NCBI GenBank assembly: GCA_028023455.1
Contig: JAQFVV010000005.1
Location: 7,936,001-8,000,000 of the forward strand
Source: Epiperipatus broadwayi
Lineage: Eukaryota > Animalia > Onychophora
Reading direction: 5' to 3'
Length of the DNA: 64,000 nucleotides
Of the stretch, positions 1-10,278 are shown in pieces. The position numbers and the translations under genes are program-made. The notes under the pieces are model-generated. The model saw only the letters and a list, made by a program, of their open reading frames with translations, made no database searches and had not been told where the DNA came from. The first letter of the stretch is position 1; every line of letters begins with the position of its first letter.

Positions 1-47
1 TTACGCGAGCCACATGTGACTCGCGAGCTACGGGTTGGGCATCCCTG
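1..47. mobile_element. Right end of a hAT (Charlie/Buster-type) MITE, cut by the window edge
   Basis: Ends ggttgggcatccctg (reverse complement CAGGGATGCCCAACC, typical hAT/Charlie TIR), followed immediately by ttctagag (48..55), which fits the nTCTAGAn 8-bp target preference of this group. Left TIR/TSD is outside the window. Confidence 0.7.
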
Positions 48-430
48 TTCTAGAGCATACCACTATCAGCAGAAAGATATGAAAGCTCATAGATAAGGGG
101 AATCAAGATTTAATCTATACACTTGCATTTGTTGAAGCTACTGCACCAGTTTTGCTATGTCTTAGGGTGTATAATCCCCAAATAAGAATAACAAAATATT
201 TTAGGAATTTTATTTAGATATAAAGAAAATAAAAACCATAGTTGTTCAATTTCTTTGTGCACTTTAATACAAGTTACAATATATAAAAATAATAGATATA
301 AATTTATCAAAATATACTATTCATATGAGTTCAAGTTTGTCTAGTAGTAATCAGAAACAGGATTTTGATTAGTAGCCAGAAGTTTATAGGCATAATAAGG
401 TTAAACTGGCTGGATAAGTCAACCTATTGG

Positions 431-518
431 AAAGTAGTTCAGTAATTGTGGGGCAAATATATATTTTATTTATTGTAAAGTAGTTCAGTAATTGTGGGGC
501 AAATATATATTTTATTTA
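431..518. repeat. Tandem duplication, 42-bp copies, period 46
   Basis: aaagtagttcagtaattgtggggcaaatatatattttattta at 431..472 and 477..518. Confidence 0.95.
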
Positions 519-547
519 GTAGTTACTAATTTGGATTAGAGTTAAGA

Positions 548-2995
548 TGATGGCTATGCCACAAGTGACAATAAATGAGTTTAATATTAATAGTCCTGTT
601 GATTGGCCAATTTGCCTCAAGAGGATTGAAAATTTTTTTTATTAATGGATTTATCAGTGACCCCATTAATGTTGCCACATTTTATTATGCAGGGCAACAA
701 GTGATAGAAATGACAAATTAGCTATGCAATCACCAAGAAACAGAGAAATTACCAACCAGAATAGTAATTAAAAAACTAAATAATTATTTCAGCCCCAAGA
801 CTTCTAAGCATGTAGCATAGCTACATGTGAGGAATATATGACAAAATAAAAGGGAACACAAGTGATTATGATCAACATGAAACTTTCTATGAGTTGTAGT
901 TATAGTGATGCATTAGAGGATAATCTTCTTGGACAATTACTTTGAGGGATATTCAATGGTAGGCTTAGACAGAAATTATTGTTCTCGAGAGACTTGTTCC
1001 ATGAGGAGGCAATCAAAATTAAAGTAACCCTTGAGATTGTGATTGACAAATCAAAGGAGTTTGGGAACTTTACTAATAATAATGAATGCATTTATATAAA
1101 AAAACAAAATAAATATCAGTCTGCTAATAAATGAAGAAAATTGTTTGCTACTGTTGTGCAAAAAGATCACATGGCATTGAATAGATTTAATAAAGGTCAT
1201 TGTATAGCCTGTAGCAAAATAACTCATTTAGAGAAAGTATGTAGGGCTAATGGGAAAAAAGATTATAGCTTTTTGTCAACTTTTCCAAAAAGAAACAAGA
1301 AGAAATTATCCAGATTACTCATGGCCATCAAATTATGATATCAGTAAAATTACTAAATACAATTCCAGTCACAGTGAATCAGGTGTGTCAATGATGGCAG
1401 TCATAGAATGAGATAAAGTTATAAAAAATTGTATGAACACCCTTATATTGATGAGAAATAGTTTGAGCATGAATGATGTTAGTCGTAATATTATGAGGGA
1501 AAATAAATGTAAGCATAGAAATTTAAAAACTGTCTATAGGTTATTATTATATATAGTGTGAGGTGGTATTAGCACTATATAGGTAGATAATGGTTTGTTG
1601 CTCTGGAAATAGAAGTAGCTTATGATTTTGAGCTAAATTTTAAAAAAGGAGATGTCATTGAGCATGCGGATGTGCTGTTGAGAATTCCAATTAAATCAGC
1701 TCCACAGGAACTTGATCCCACCATTAACTACATAGACCATTGGAATAATGTAGTAACAGACAGTAGAAAGGTAGCAGGTTGGACAAAAAGCTAAGCAAGG
1801 TCATAAAATTTTGATCAAGTGGATCAGCAAAGCTGACCTAGAAGGCAGGCTGAGATATTTCATAAAGTTATATGGGATGTTAAAGAAAACTCTACAAATA
1901 AGGATACATATTAATGGATGATAGAGTATTAATACCTAGTAGTGGTCATCATCAGATTTTTCATTTATCAAGGTCACCATGGTATTATATGTGCTAAAGC
2001 ACTTGCTCAAACTTATGTATGGTGGCCTGGAATTAATTCTGAGATAGAACAATTTGTGAAAATCTAAAGAATTGTCAAGTGAATGCAAATGTTCAAAAAG
2101 AAATTATATTACTTGGCCTGTAGTTGAAAAAGCTTGGAACTGTATTCACATTGATCATGCCAGACCATTCCATGGCTACAATTTTTAGTAGTGATTGACT
2201 CATACTCAAAGTGGATGTAAAAAATACAAACATCAAAGAAGCAATCTGAAAACTTCAAGGAAATTTTTGCTTTTCATGGTTTTCCCAAAACAGTAGTATC
2301 TGACAATGGAACCAGTTTTACATCCATTAAATTCGAGGATTTTCTTAAGGAATCAGTAATCAGACATATAACCAGACTACCATATCACCTGAGTCCAATG
2401 GTATTGCAGAAAAGTCTGTACAAATGCTACAAAAGGAAGGTACTGCAAACATACAAGAAACACTGTATTACATTTTATTGTATCAGCACAGTATACTAAT
2501 GAGTAACATAAGTAAATCTCCAGCTGATATAATATTTGGATAAAAAATCCACACAAAGTTATTACTAATTCACCCAGATCAAAATTTTTCAAATAATGAA
2601 AACAGGAGCATAAAATTGCAGTACACAGAGGGATAAAAAGTCTGTTTGAGAGGTGTTCTTGAAAAGTACTGGGTCAAAGGCATAATTAAAGAACATCTGT
2701 CAAAGCAAATGGTACTCATTGAAATAGAAATAGAAAAAAACATGCAAAAACATGTAAATCACATAAATCATCAGAAAGAAAAAATTGAGTGATTTGGTAA
2801 TAATATAATGCCAGACATTCCAAATTTTCTAGAGAAATCAGACTTGCTGGAAGTAAATGAAGGGCACAAAGTAGATAAGGACATTACTGATGAAAAGAAA
2901 AAAAATTCTGCATAGACTTCAAAAAACCAAGAAAAAACTGAGCTATCTGAAAGACTATGTGAGACTTCAGAAATTACAATTTCTGATGTGGAGCT
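548..2995 (+). mobile_element. Decayed, internally deleted Ty3/gypsy LTR retrotransposon (gag-pol relic, RT missing)
   Basis: Motifs in the expected order with many stops and frameshifts. Gag CCHC knuckle CIACSKITHLEKVC (in ORF 1141..1338); protease-like ESGVS (~1376); RNase H end YDFELNFKKGDVIEHADVLLRIP (1621..1689); integrase zinc finger GHHGIICAKALAQTYVWWPGINSEIEQFVK (~1972..2063); core WNCIHIDHARPFHG..VVIDSYSKW, HGFPKTVVSDNGTSFTS and SPESNGIAEKSVQ. Only ~380 bp separate knuckle and RNase H end, so RT is deleted. Boundaries approximate. Confidence 0.9.
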
Positions 2996-3105
2996 ATATA
3001 TATATATATGATCAATAGATGGTGTTTACCAAAAACACCATCAAAGCATATGTTTGTTTACATAAATGTCAGAGTAAGCATTCACTATCTCTTTTGTTAG
3101 TTCCA

Positions 3106-3150
3106 CCTTCAGATCATGATTTCAAGCTGATTTGCTATCATCAGTGAAGG
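3106..3150 (-). ncRNA. Minimal type I hammerhead ribozyme (best-preserved copy of family 1)
   Basis: Minus strand reads CCTTCA CTGATGA TAGCAAATCAGCTT GAAA TCATGA TC TGAAGG: 6-bp stem I, intact CUGAUGA and GAAA core, stem II AGC/GCT with 6-nt loop (closing pair is a non-canonical U-U), stem III with palindromic CATG loop, AUC cleavage triplet. Confidence 0.85.
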
Positions 3151-3507
3151 ATAGGAATAAGAAACTAGATCTAAACACTAACTCTGAGCATTTATGAAAC
3201 AATTTCTATTCAGCTTGCAAGCGTGAATCTTTTAGACACATAATGTCTTCAAACTCACCATAGCAAGCCAGATAGCTATATGGGTCCAATATCAGTTCAG
3301 CTTCACTACATAGTAGATGCCTCTGCAATATATATCATTGCAAGAAAAACTTCAAAGATACATTTATGAAAAACAAAAAACAAGTTAAACTTGCTAATGC
3401 TTGTATTTATGATCAATAGATGGCATTTTACCAAAAACACTGTCAAAGCATATGTTTGTTTACATAAACGTCAGAGTAAGCATTCACTATCTCTTTCATT
3501 AGTTCCA

Positions 3508-3549
3508 CCTTTAGATAATGATTTCAAGCTGATTTGCTATCATCAGTGA
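3508..3549 (-). ncRNA. Family 1 hammerhead copy truncated in stem I by the inversion junction
   Basis: Minus strand TCA CTGATGA TAGCAAATCAGCTT GAAA TCATTA TC TAAAGG; the 5' strand of stem I is cut at the array's inversion point. Confidence 0.7.
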
Positions 3550-3804
3550 TCATAAATACATGCATTAGCAAGTTTAACTTGTTTTTTGTTTTTCATAAAT
3601 GTACCTTTGAGGTCTTTCTTGCAATGATATATATTGCAGAGGCTTTTACTAAATGGTGAAACTGAACTGATATCAGACCCATATAGCTATCTGGCTTACT
3701 ATGCTGAGTTTGAAGACATGACATGTCTAAAAGATTCACACTTGCAAGCTCAATAGTAATTGTTTCATAAACGCTAGTGTGCAGATCTAGTTTCTTATTC
3801 CTAT

Positions 3805-3849
3805 CCTTCACCGATGATAGCAAATCAGCTTGAAATGATGATCTGAAGG
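3805..3849 (+). ncRNA. Family 1 hammerhead copy with core mutation (probably inactive)
   Basis: ccttca CCGATGA tagcaaatcagctt GAAA tgatga tc tgaagg: U4 to C in the core and loop III no longer palindromic. Confidence 0.7.
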
Positions 3850-4204
3850 TAGAACTAATGAAAGAGATAGTGAATGCTTACTCTGATGTTTATGTAAACA
3901 AACATACGCTTTGACAGTGTTTTTGGTAAAATGCCATCTATTGATCATAAATACAAGCATTAGCAAGTTTAACTTGTTTTTTGTTTTTCATAAATGTACC
4001 TTTGAAGTTTTTCTTGCAATGATATATATTGCAGAGGCTTCTACTATGTGGTAAAACTGGACTGATATCAGACCCATATAGCTATCTGGCTTGCTATGCT
4101 GAGTTTGAAGACATTACATGTCTAAAAGATTCACGCTTGCAAGCTGAATAGAAATTTTCATAAATGCTCGGAGTTAGTGTTTAGATCTAGTTTCTTATTC
4201 CTAT

Positions 4205-4249
4205 CCTTCACTGATGATATCAAATCAGCTTGAAATCATGAACTGAAGG
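4205..4249 (+). ncRNA. Family 1 hammerhead copy with mutated cleavage triplet (probably inactive)
   Basis: ccttca CTGATGA tatcaaatcagctt GAAA tcatga AC tgaagg: conserved U16.1 replaced by A, stem II weakened. Confidence 0.7.
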
Positions 4250-4599
4250 TGGAACTAATGAAAAAGATAGTGAATGCTTACTCTGATATTTATGTAAACA
4301 AACATACACTTTGACAGTGTTTTTGGTAAAATGCCATCTATTGATCATAAATACAAGCATTAGCAAATTTAACTTGTTTTTTGTTTTTCATATATATAAA
4401 TATATTGTAACGGGCACACATGCCGTTACATTCTAATAAATAAAATTGAAAATAAAAGTTTTTTTTTTTTCAAAAAATATATTTATTAGAACTTTAGATA
4501 CAAAAAAATTACAGAAAACCCGACTGTCTTAAAACTGTGGAGCTAGTGGTCTCTAATCCATTGGAGAGTTGGTTATTTCAGTTAAAAGTCTATGGAAAA

Positions 4600-7500
4600 T
4601 TCAGTCCTGTAAAATTCACCAATGTCCAGAATTCCATATGTAGCCATTTGGGGACTAACATGTGATCTCTGAGGCAAAACCCTTTTAAAAGCTTTATAAA
4701 GTATTCCAGAGTCACTGAAAAAGTATTCCAGAGTCACTGAAAATGTATTTACATCTGACAGGCCAGATTGCAAAAGAAAAAACACAGATAGTCTGATTTT
4801 TTAAAAAATACCTGACTTTATGGCATTTTGTATAAATAGGACATCTCTGTGATCATGGGAGATCTTTTCATTGATGAACATCCTAACTTGACCAAGAGCT
4901 GGACTTGTATGGATGATATGAGTGATGGTTTCATCTGCCAAAGAACACAGCTAACCTTGGGGGTTGAGATTGTTGAAGCCTCTTTGCCACACAAGAAAGT
5001 GGTTCATTGATAGAGAAGAGAGGTTGCATTTCAGCAAGAAGTCTATGAATTTGGATTCTAGGAACCACCCTTTTGATTTCTTTATTAGTAGTTTATTAGT
5101 TAGTCCTAGAGCATTATGCAGTGGCCATAGATCTGGATGTTTCAGTTTGTATGTCTCCCAGTAAGTGGTCTTTCTTTCTAGAACAGGATCTATCAAATTT
5201 GTAGTGGAAGTCACATAGTCGGATAGATCAGTTAACCACTTGCTACATGAATGAGGAGGGGTGTCAGTGGGAGTTAAAGGCAGTGCTGAAGTCAGATTGG
5301 CATGTTTAAAGTGAGTCAACCTAACAACTGCAATTGCCTTCTGTAAATACAATATGAGCACTGTGTGGAGACCAAGCCCATTTAGTTGTCTCAGCATATG
5401 TGCTTTTCTTATGCTTATGGCAACCACCTTGGTCTTCCAAAACAGCTTAGAGGAAAGAGAGTTCAATGAGGTCTCGAAAGCCTTGGTAGGCTTTATTATG
5501 GGTAGAAAGTAGCTGAGCCTGGGGAAAACTAACATATTTAACAATGTAGTCCTGCCTGGCAGAGAGAAAGTAACGTTAGAGAGCTGTATAGTAATTTTCC
5601 TTGTTTTTTTCAAGGATAGAGCTCTGTAATTCCTTGGCCATGGCAAGTCTAGTCTTGGCCATGAGGAAGCCTAAAAACTTTTGAGGTTGGGCAGTAAACA
5701 TAGATGGTATTGTTTTGCCAGACCTAATGTTCCACATGGAAGATTTGTTGTAGTTTATCTTAGATTCAATTTCTTGGAGTATTTATTAATAATTTGCAAC
5801 AATGGTTGGAGATGACTTTGGTCAGGCAGGAAAATTGAGACATCATCTGTATAGGATATATAGTATACTTGACATTGTAAGGATGATATATAGATTCCAG
5901 GTAGTTTGCATTCGACTTCAATGAGAAAGAGATTTATGTATGTAATGAAGGATAGTGTTGTGAGAGGGGATCCCTGGGGAATGGACAGTTGTGGCTTAAA
6001 ACCATCTGATAGTCTCCCATCAAGGGTGGTAAAACAGGATCAATTTGAGAGATTTGCTATAATGTTTATATAGACTTCTGGAACCTGATAGTGTTTTGGG
6101 GTGTGTAGCAGGACAGATGGTATGACAGAGTCGAATGCCGAGGTTAAATCTAATTGAATCACTAGAGGCTTGGACTTTCTGTGTGTGTGTGTACATATTC
6201 TTTTGTGAGTAAAAAACACTCAATGGCATCTAGGGCTGAGATTCCCTTCTGAGCAAATTGGTGCCTGGAGATCTGGGGAAGTAGCTGATCTTGAAATTTG
6301 TCCTTTAATATTGATTCGATTGGTTTTATTAATAAAGGTATCATTGATATCGGATGCTGATTTAGCAAGCTGGATGAGTTTTCATTTTTTTAAGGAGTGG
6401 AACCAGTGCTACCGGGTACAAATCCAGGATGTGTTGAAAATCTTCAGCCAATGTGTCAATTATTCCATGAATAATGGAGGCTGTAATTTTACTAAGGTGT
6501 AATAGCACAAACCTAGGAATGCCATGGAGTCCTGGATGAGTGTTATCAGTATATGATTGGAGTTTTTGAACTATCTGCAGCTCAGTAACATCATGTACCA
6601 GACATTCATTTGAAGCCTTCCAATTTTTCCAGACACCAGACATTCATTTGAAGCCTTCCAATTTTTATGAGCTGTCACATATTGATCTGCTGTTTTAGTC
6701 CTGAAATACTTATGAATTTTTGTAAGCATCTCTGGTCCACTATATAGTTCTCCCTTGACCTGTGTCATGATTGGAGTTGGATGCTTTGAAGATCCAAGGG
6801 CCCACCTTATATAGCTTCAAGTCCAGTTATGCTGTGTGGACAGGAATATTTTGGATCTCTTTGTGGAGATGTACTGAGCAAGAACTCTTTGTTTTTCATG
6901 GTATTGTGTTTTTAAAGTCATTATTTCCTGAATGGTGGTATCAGTTGGTGAAAGTAAACTTAATCTGTTATTGATAGTGTCAAGTTCTTTTAGCATTTGA
7001 TTCAGCCCTTTAGTTTTTCTGGTATGCGAGTCTTTCAGCATGCTGAGTATTCCCACTAATGATGACCATGCCTGAAGAGGTGGAAGTGATAAAATGGCTA
7101 TTTTGTTGAACAAAATGTATGCCTCAGAGAACACTGACTCAGGAGTGGCAGATTTGTTTAGTAGACAAATTGTGCTATGGTAAGTTGAGTGTGTGGGTAC
7201 CTTGGGGTGAATCTGTAGTGAGATTAACAGAGCTAGATTATCTGAGAAGGGAACTAATTTTAACTTGGCATTTAGATTGTAATGAAGGTCAGGCATGTAT
7301 TAAAAAAAGTCTATCAGTGACCTTTTTTGCTGTGTGTAGAAAGAGAAGGCATCTGGAGAGGAAAATCCTTCTCCACACAGAAGAACTCTGTTGATGAAAT
7401 GTAGATATTTGCTATTGAAATTGCCATAGCTCATGTTAAAATCACCAAAACAGATTATTGGTCCAGGGTCTGAAGAAAGAAGAGCATTTATCTTGTATAT

Positions 7501-7902
7501 TACTGAGAGTATTATATTAGAGTCATTTTTGACATATAGGTATACCAAGTTAATTGAGAAATTACCCAGGCTGATATTTAATATTACTAACTCCTTGCTT
7601 AGATATAGCATTCTAAACTTATTATAATTTAGGTTTTTGTTAATCAAGAATGCTACTCCAGATGATGCAGATGTGGATGGAGCAAAGTGAAATATGCTGA
7701 AGTGTTGCATTAATTCATTTATTTTCGAGTTTGAGTTTATGTGCAGTTTCATCTCAGAGAGACAGGCAGTATGTATGTTTATCATCTCCAGCCATTTTTT
7801 AACAGCAAACACTTGATCTAGTGAGTTTAGTCCCCTTACATTTATTCCTCCAAATTTTAATAACATAGTTGGTAGTATGTTTAGGGAGTTTTTAAGTTTC
7901 AA
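4600..7902 (-). pseudogene. LINE ORF2 (APE endonuclease - reverse transcriptase), frameshifted
   Basis: APE motifs INVRGLN, CLSEMK, SGVAFL, CFGDFN, SLIDFF (ORF 7300..7902). RT motifs HPGLHGIP, HPISMIPL, PQGSPL (~5960..5980), YTDD (5842..5853). C-terminal ETITHIIHT zinc-finger remnant (~4900-4950). A 38-bp internal duplication (6598..6666) and other indels break the frame. Confidence 0.9.
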
Positions 7903-7904
7903 GG

Positions 7905-8240
7905 TCTAGTTGTTCTTCCATGTTGACAAAGTCCAGTCGATCTATTTGATCTTCTGATATGATTGAATCTTCTATTTGACAGCTGGCTACATTGGGATTT
8001 TTATTGGATTTAATTTGTTTTGTGTGATGATTTATTTCAGCTATGTGATGATTTATTTCAGCTATTGATGCTGCTAAAGTATTTCGTTCCAAAGAAAAGC
8101 TGTTGTGACAAGGTGTTGTTTCTGTTATTTTAGATCTTTTCTCTTTCTTCCTTTTCGGTTTCGGTGTTTTATCTGTGTTTTGGGGTTTTGGTGTTTTTTT
8201 TAGTGGGGGTAAATTTTGTTTTTGGGGTTTTGGGGGGGGG

Positions 8241-8276
<36 letters not shown>

Positions 8277-10278
8277 TGTTTTTGTGTTGGGGGGTGGGGT
8301 GTTGTTTTTTTTTTTTTTGTGGTTTTTGTTTTAACCAAGTTGGTTGTTTGTTTTTTCCCCCCATAGGGGGGGAGAGGTGTTTTTTTTTTTTTGTTTTTTG
8401 GGAAAAGAGTGTAGATTCTGGTATATTCCTTCTGGGTTCAGTTCTGTTTTCTTGTTTACTTTGCTGCATTGTATTTAAGTGTATTTCAGTTGTTGATTGG
8501 AATGTAGTGTCTATAGCTTTGGAATTATATAAAACTGTTGAGTGTGTTGAGCTTTGTGAAGTTATGTTATATTTATGGTATCTAGCTTTCTTCACATTGC
8601 AGATCTCACAAATTCTTTTTGGACAGGCTTTGAACAAGTGTGTGCACTCACCACAAAAGAAACATTATGGCTGGACACCCCAGATGGAGATGAAGATAGG
8701 ACACTTTCTTTCTTCCAGAGTTGAAGGTATATCTAGTAGAGTGTATTCTTTGTTTAATTTTAGTGTAAAAGCTGCATTATTGGAGGGCAGCTCAAGATCC
8801 CTTCTTTTTTCTGTAAGATATTTGAAACTGGTAATTGTTCCAAACTTGGCCAAAAGTCTTTGTAAGTCTGTTTTTGCGAAGTTGAAATAGCAATTTCTGG
8901 CTAGTCCATAAGCTACTCTTGGCCTGTTCATCTCAATTTTAATGAGTTATCGTTGTTTCAGGTAAAGCTGACTTCTCTTAAACAGTTCATTTTGGATGAG
9001 GTTAAAGAACTCAACTATAATATATCTTTGGTTCGGGTGATGGTAGATGCGTTTAATAGCATCTCCCAGCTGCTGAGTTTTAAGTAGCTCGAAAAAGTCG
9101 TCTGTTGGAAAAGGGAACAAGTTGCACTCGTTATTAGTTGTACTTAGAATAAGGGTATTTTCACTATGATAGTGTAAAAATGAGTCGAACAAGTGTGGTG
9201 GGATTCGCGAGTTGAATTCTAGATTTACTGCCTCATAATTATCAAGTGGGGTGAGTGAATTTAGATATTTCAGTTGGGTTGTGATTTCATCATTTATAGG
9301 TGTATTGGGTTGTGATTTCATCATTTATAGTTGTATTGTTATCATCTGTTACAAAGTCCAAGATGTTATAGTGCTGTTTTGGATCGTTAGTTGTTGAGAT
9401 TGTTACATTTGAAACTTTATTATTGAGTACTGCTGCATAGCTCTTACTGTTTGTTTGCTCTGAAACGTTCGATTTACTTTGAGATTGATTTAATAAACAG
9501 GTGTCTTTTTTTGATGCTGTATGGTCATTAACTTGTGTAACTTTGGATTTATTTTGATGTGTTTAGTGTTGGAAAATCATTGTTGTGAAGATTTTGTGCT
9601 CCTCGTAACATAGGCACTTTGTCGTGATTTAAATGTATTGTTTTATTTTTATCACTGTTTTGAACCTGAGTTTCTGCGATTAAATTTCCAATAGAGCGGT
9701 TTGTTTATTGACTTAATTGTATTAGATTTAGTTTTATTAGGTGTGTTTTTATTTAATTCTTTAGGGTCTCGCGTTAAAGCCTGATCCACCTCAGTTTTCT
9801 GGCTCCAAATAGTTTCGTTACGGTGAACGTTAGGTGCTTTCGGTGTAGTGCCACCTGCATTTTTATAGCTCACAGTAACTTCTTTTGCAATACCGATTTC
9901 TGTAATTAGTAGGTTATTTTTGGTGATATTTTCGTGTTTTACATTGTTTAAAGTTGTGATTTCATTGGCAAAGTTCGTTTTTGTTGAACTTGGAATAGCG
10001 ATCTTTTTATTAGAATTTGTTATCGCTGTAATTTTCTGTTTACAGCCAGTAGCGATTTCTTTTTGATTTGGCTGTTTAAATCCTGGCATATTGTTACTAG
10101 AATTATCTATTTGATCTGTTTTGCAGGGCTTAAATTGATACCAAGAGCTTACACTTTCCCTAAGTGGAGGGCTCGTGGAAAGCTTAGTTGAGTTGTCTCT
10201 AACATTACTCTCAGTTCTAGATCTAGTAAGGGGGGATGGCCCTAGACTTTGTTGTTCTAGAAAAGGTAGTCTTCTCAT
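7905..10278 (-). pseudogene. LINE ORF1 (low-complexity N-terminus, RRM-like region, CCHC knuckle), disrupted
   Basis: Fragments 9652..10278, 8947..9324, 8665..8931 and 8200..8637 join. Across a stop the frame reads WGVQP*CFFCGECTHLFKACPKRICEIC (C-x2-C-x4-H-x4-C), typical of L1/Tx1 ORF1. Confidence 0.8.

Larger units (their letters stand above)
3009..4390. mobile_element. Retrozyme-like array family 1: ~400-bp hammerhead-bearing units in two oppositely oriented arms
   Basis: Unit marker tgatca at 3009 and 3410 (one orientation) and 3547, 3942, 4342 (opposite orientation), periods 395-401 bp. Inversion junction at ~3547-3549. (TA)n on both flanks. One hammerhead motif per unit. Confidence 0.9.

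Noticed and set aside
8140-8410. ORFs 7892..8338, 8175..8366 and 8216..8890 with poly-K/poly-F/poly-G runs
   Set aside because: They arise from a G/T-only homopolymer stretch inside LINE ORF1 that looks like low-quality sequence or slippage; not credible proteins.
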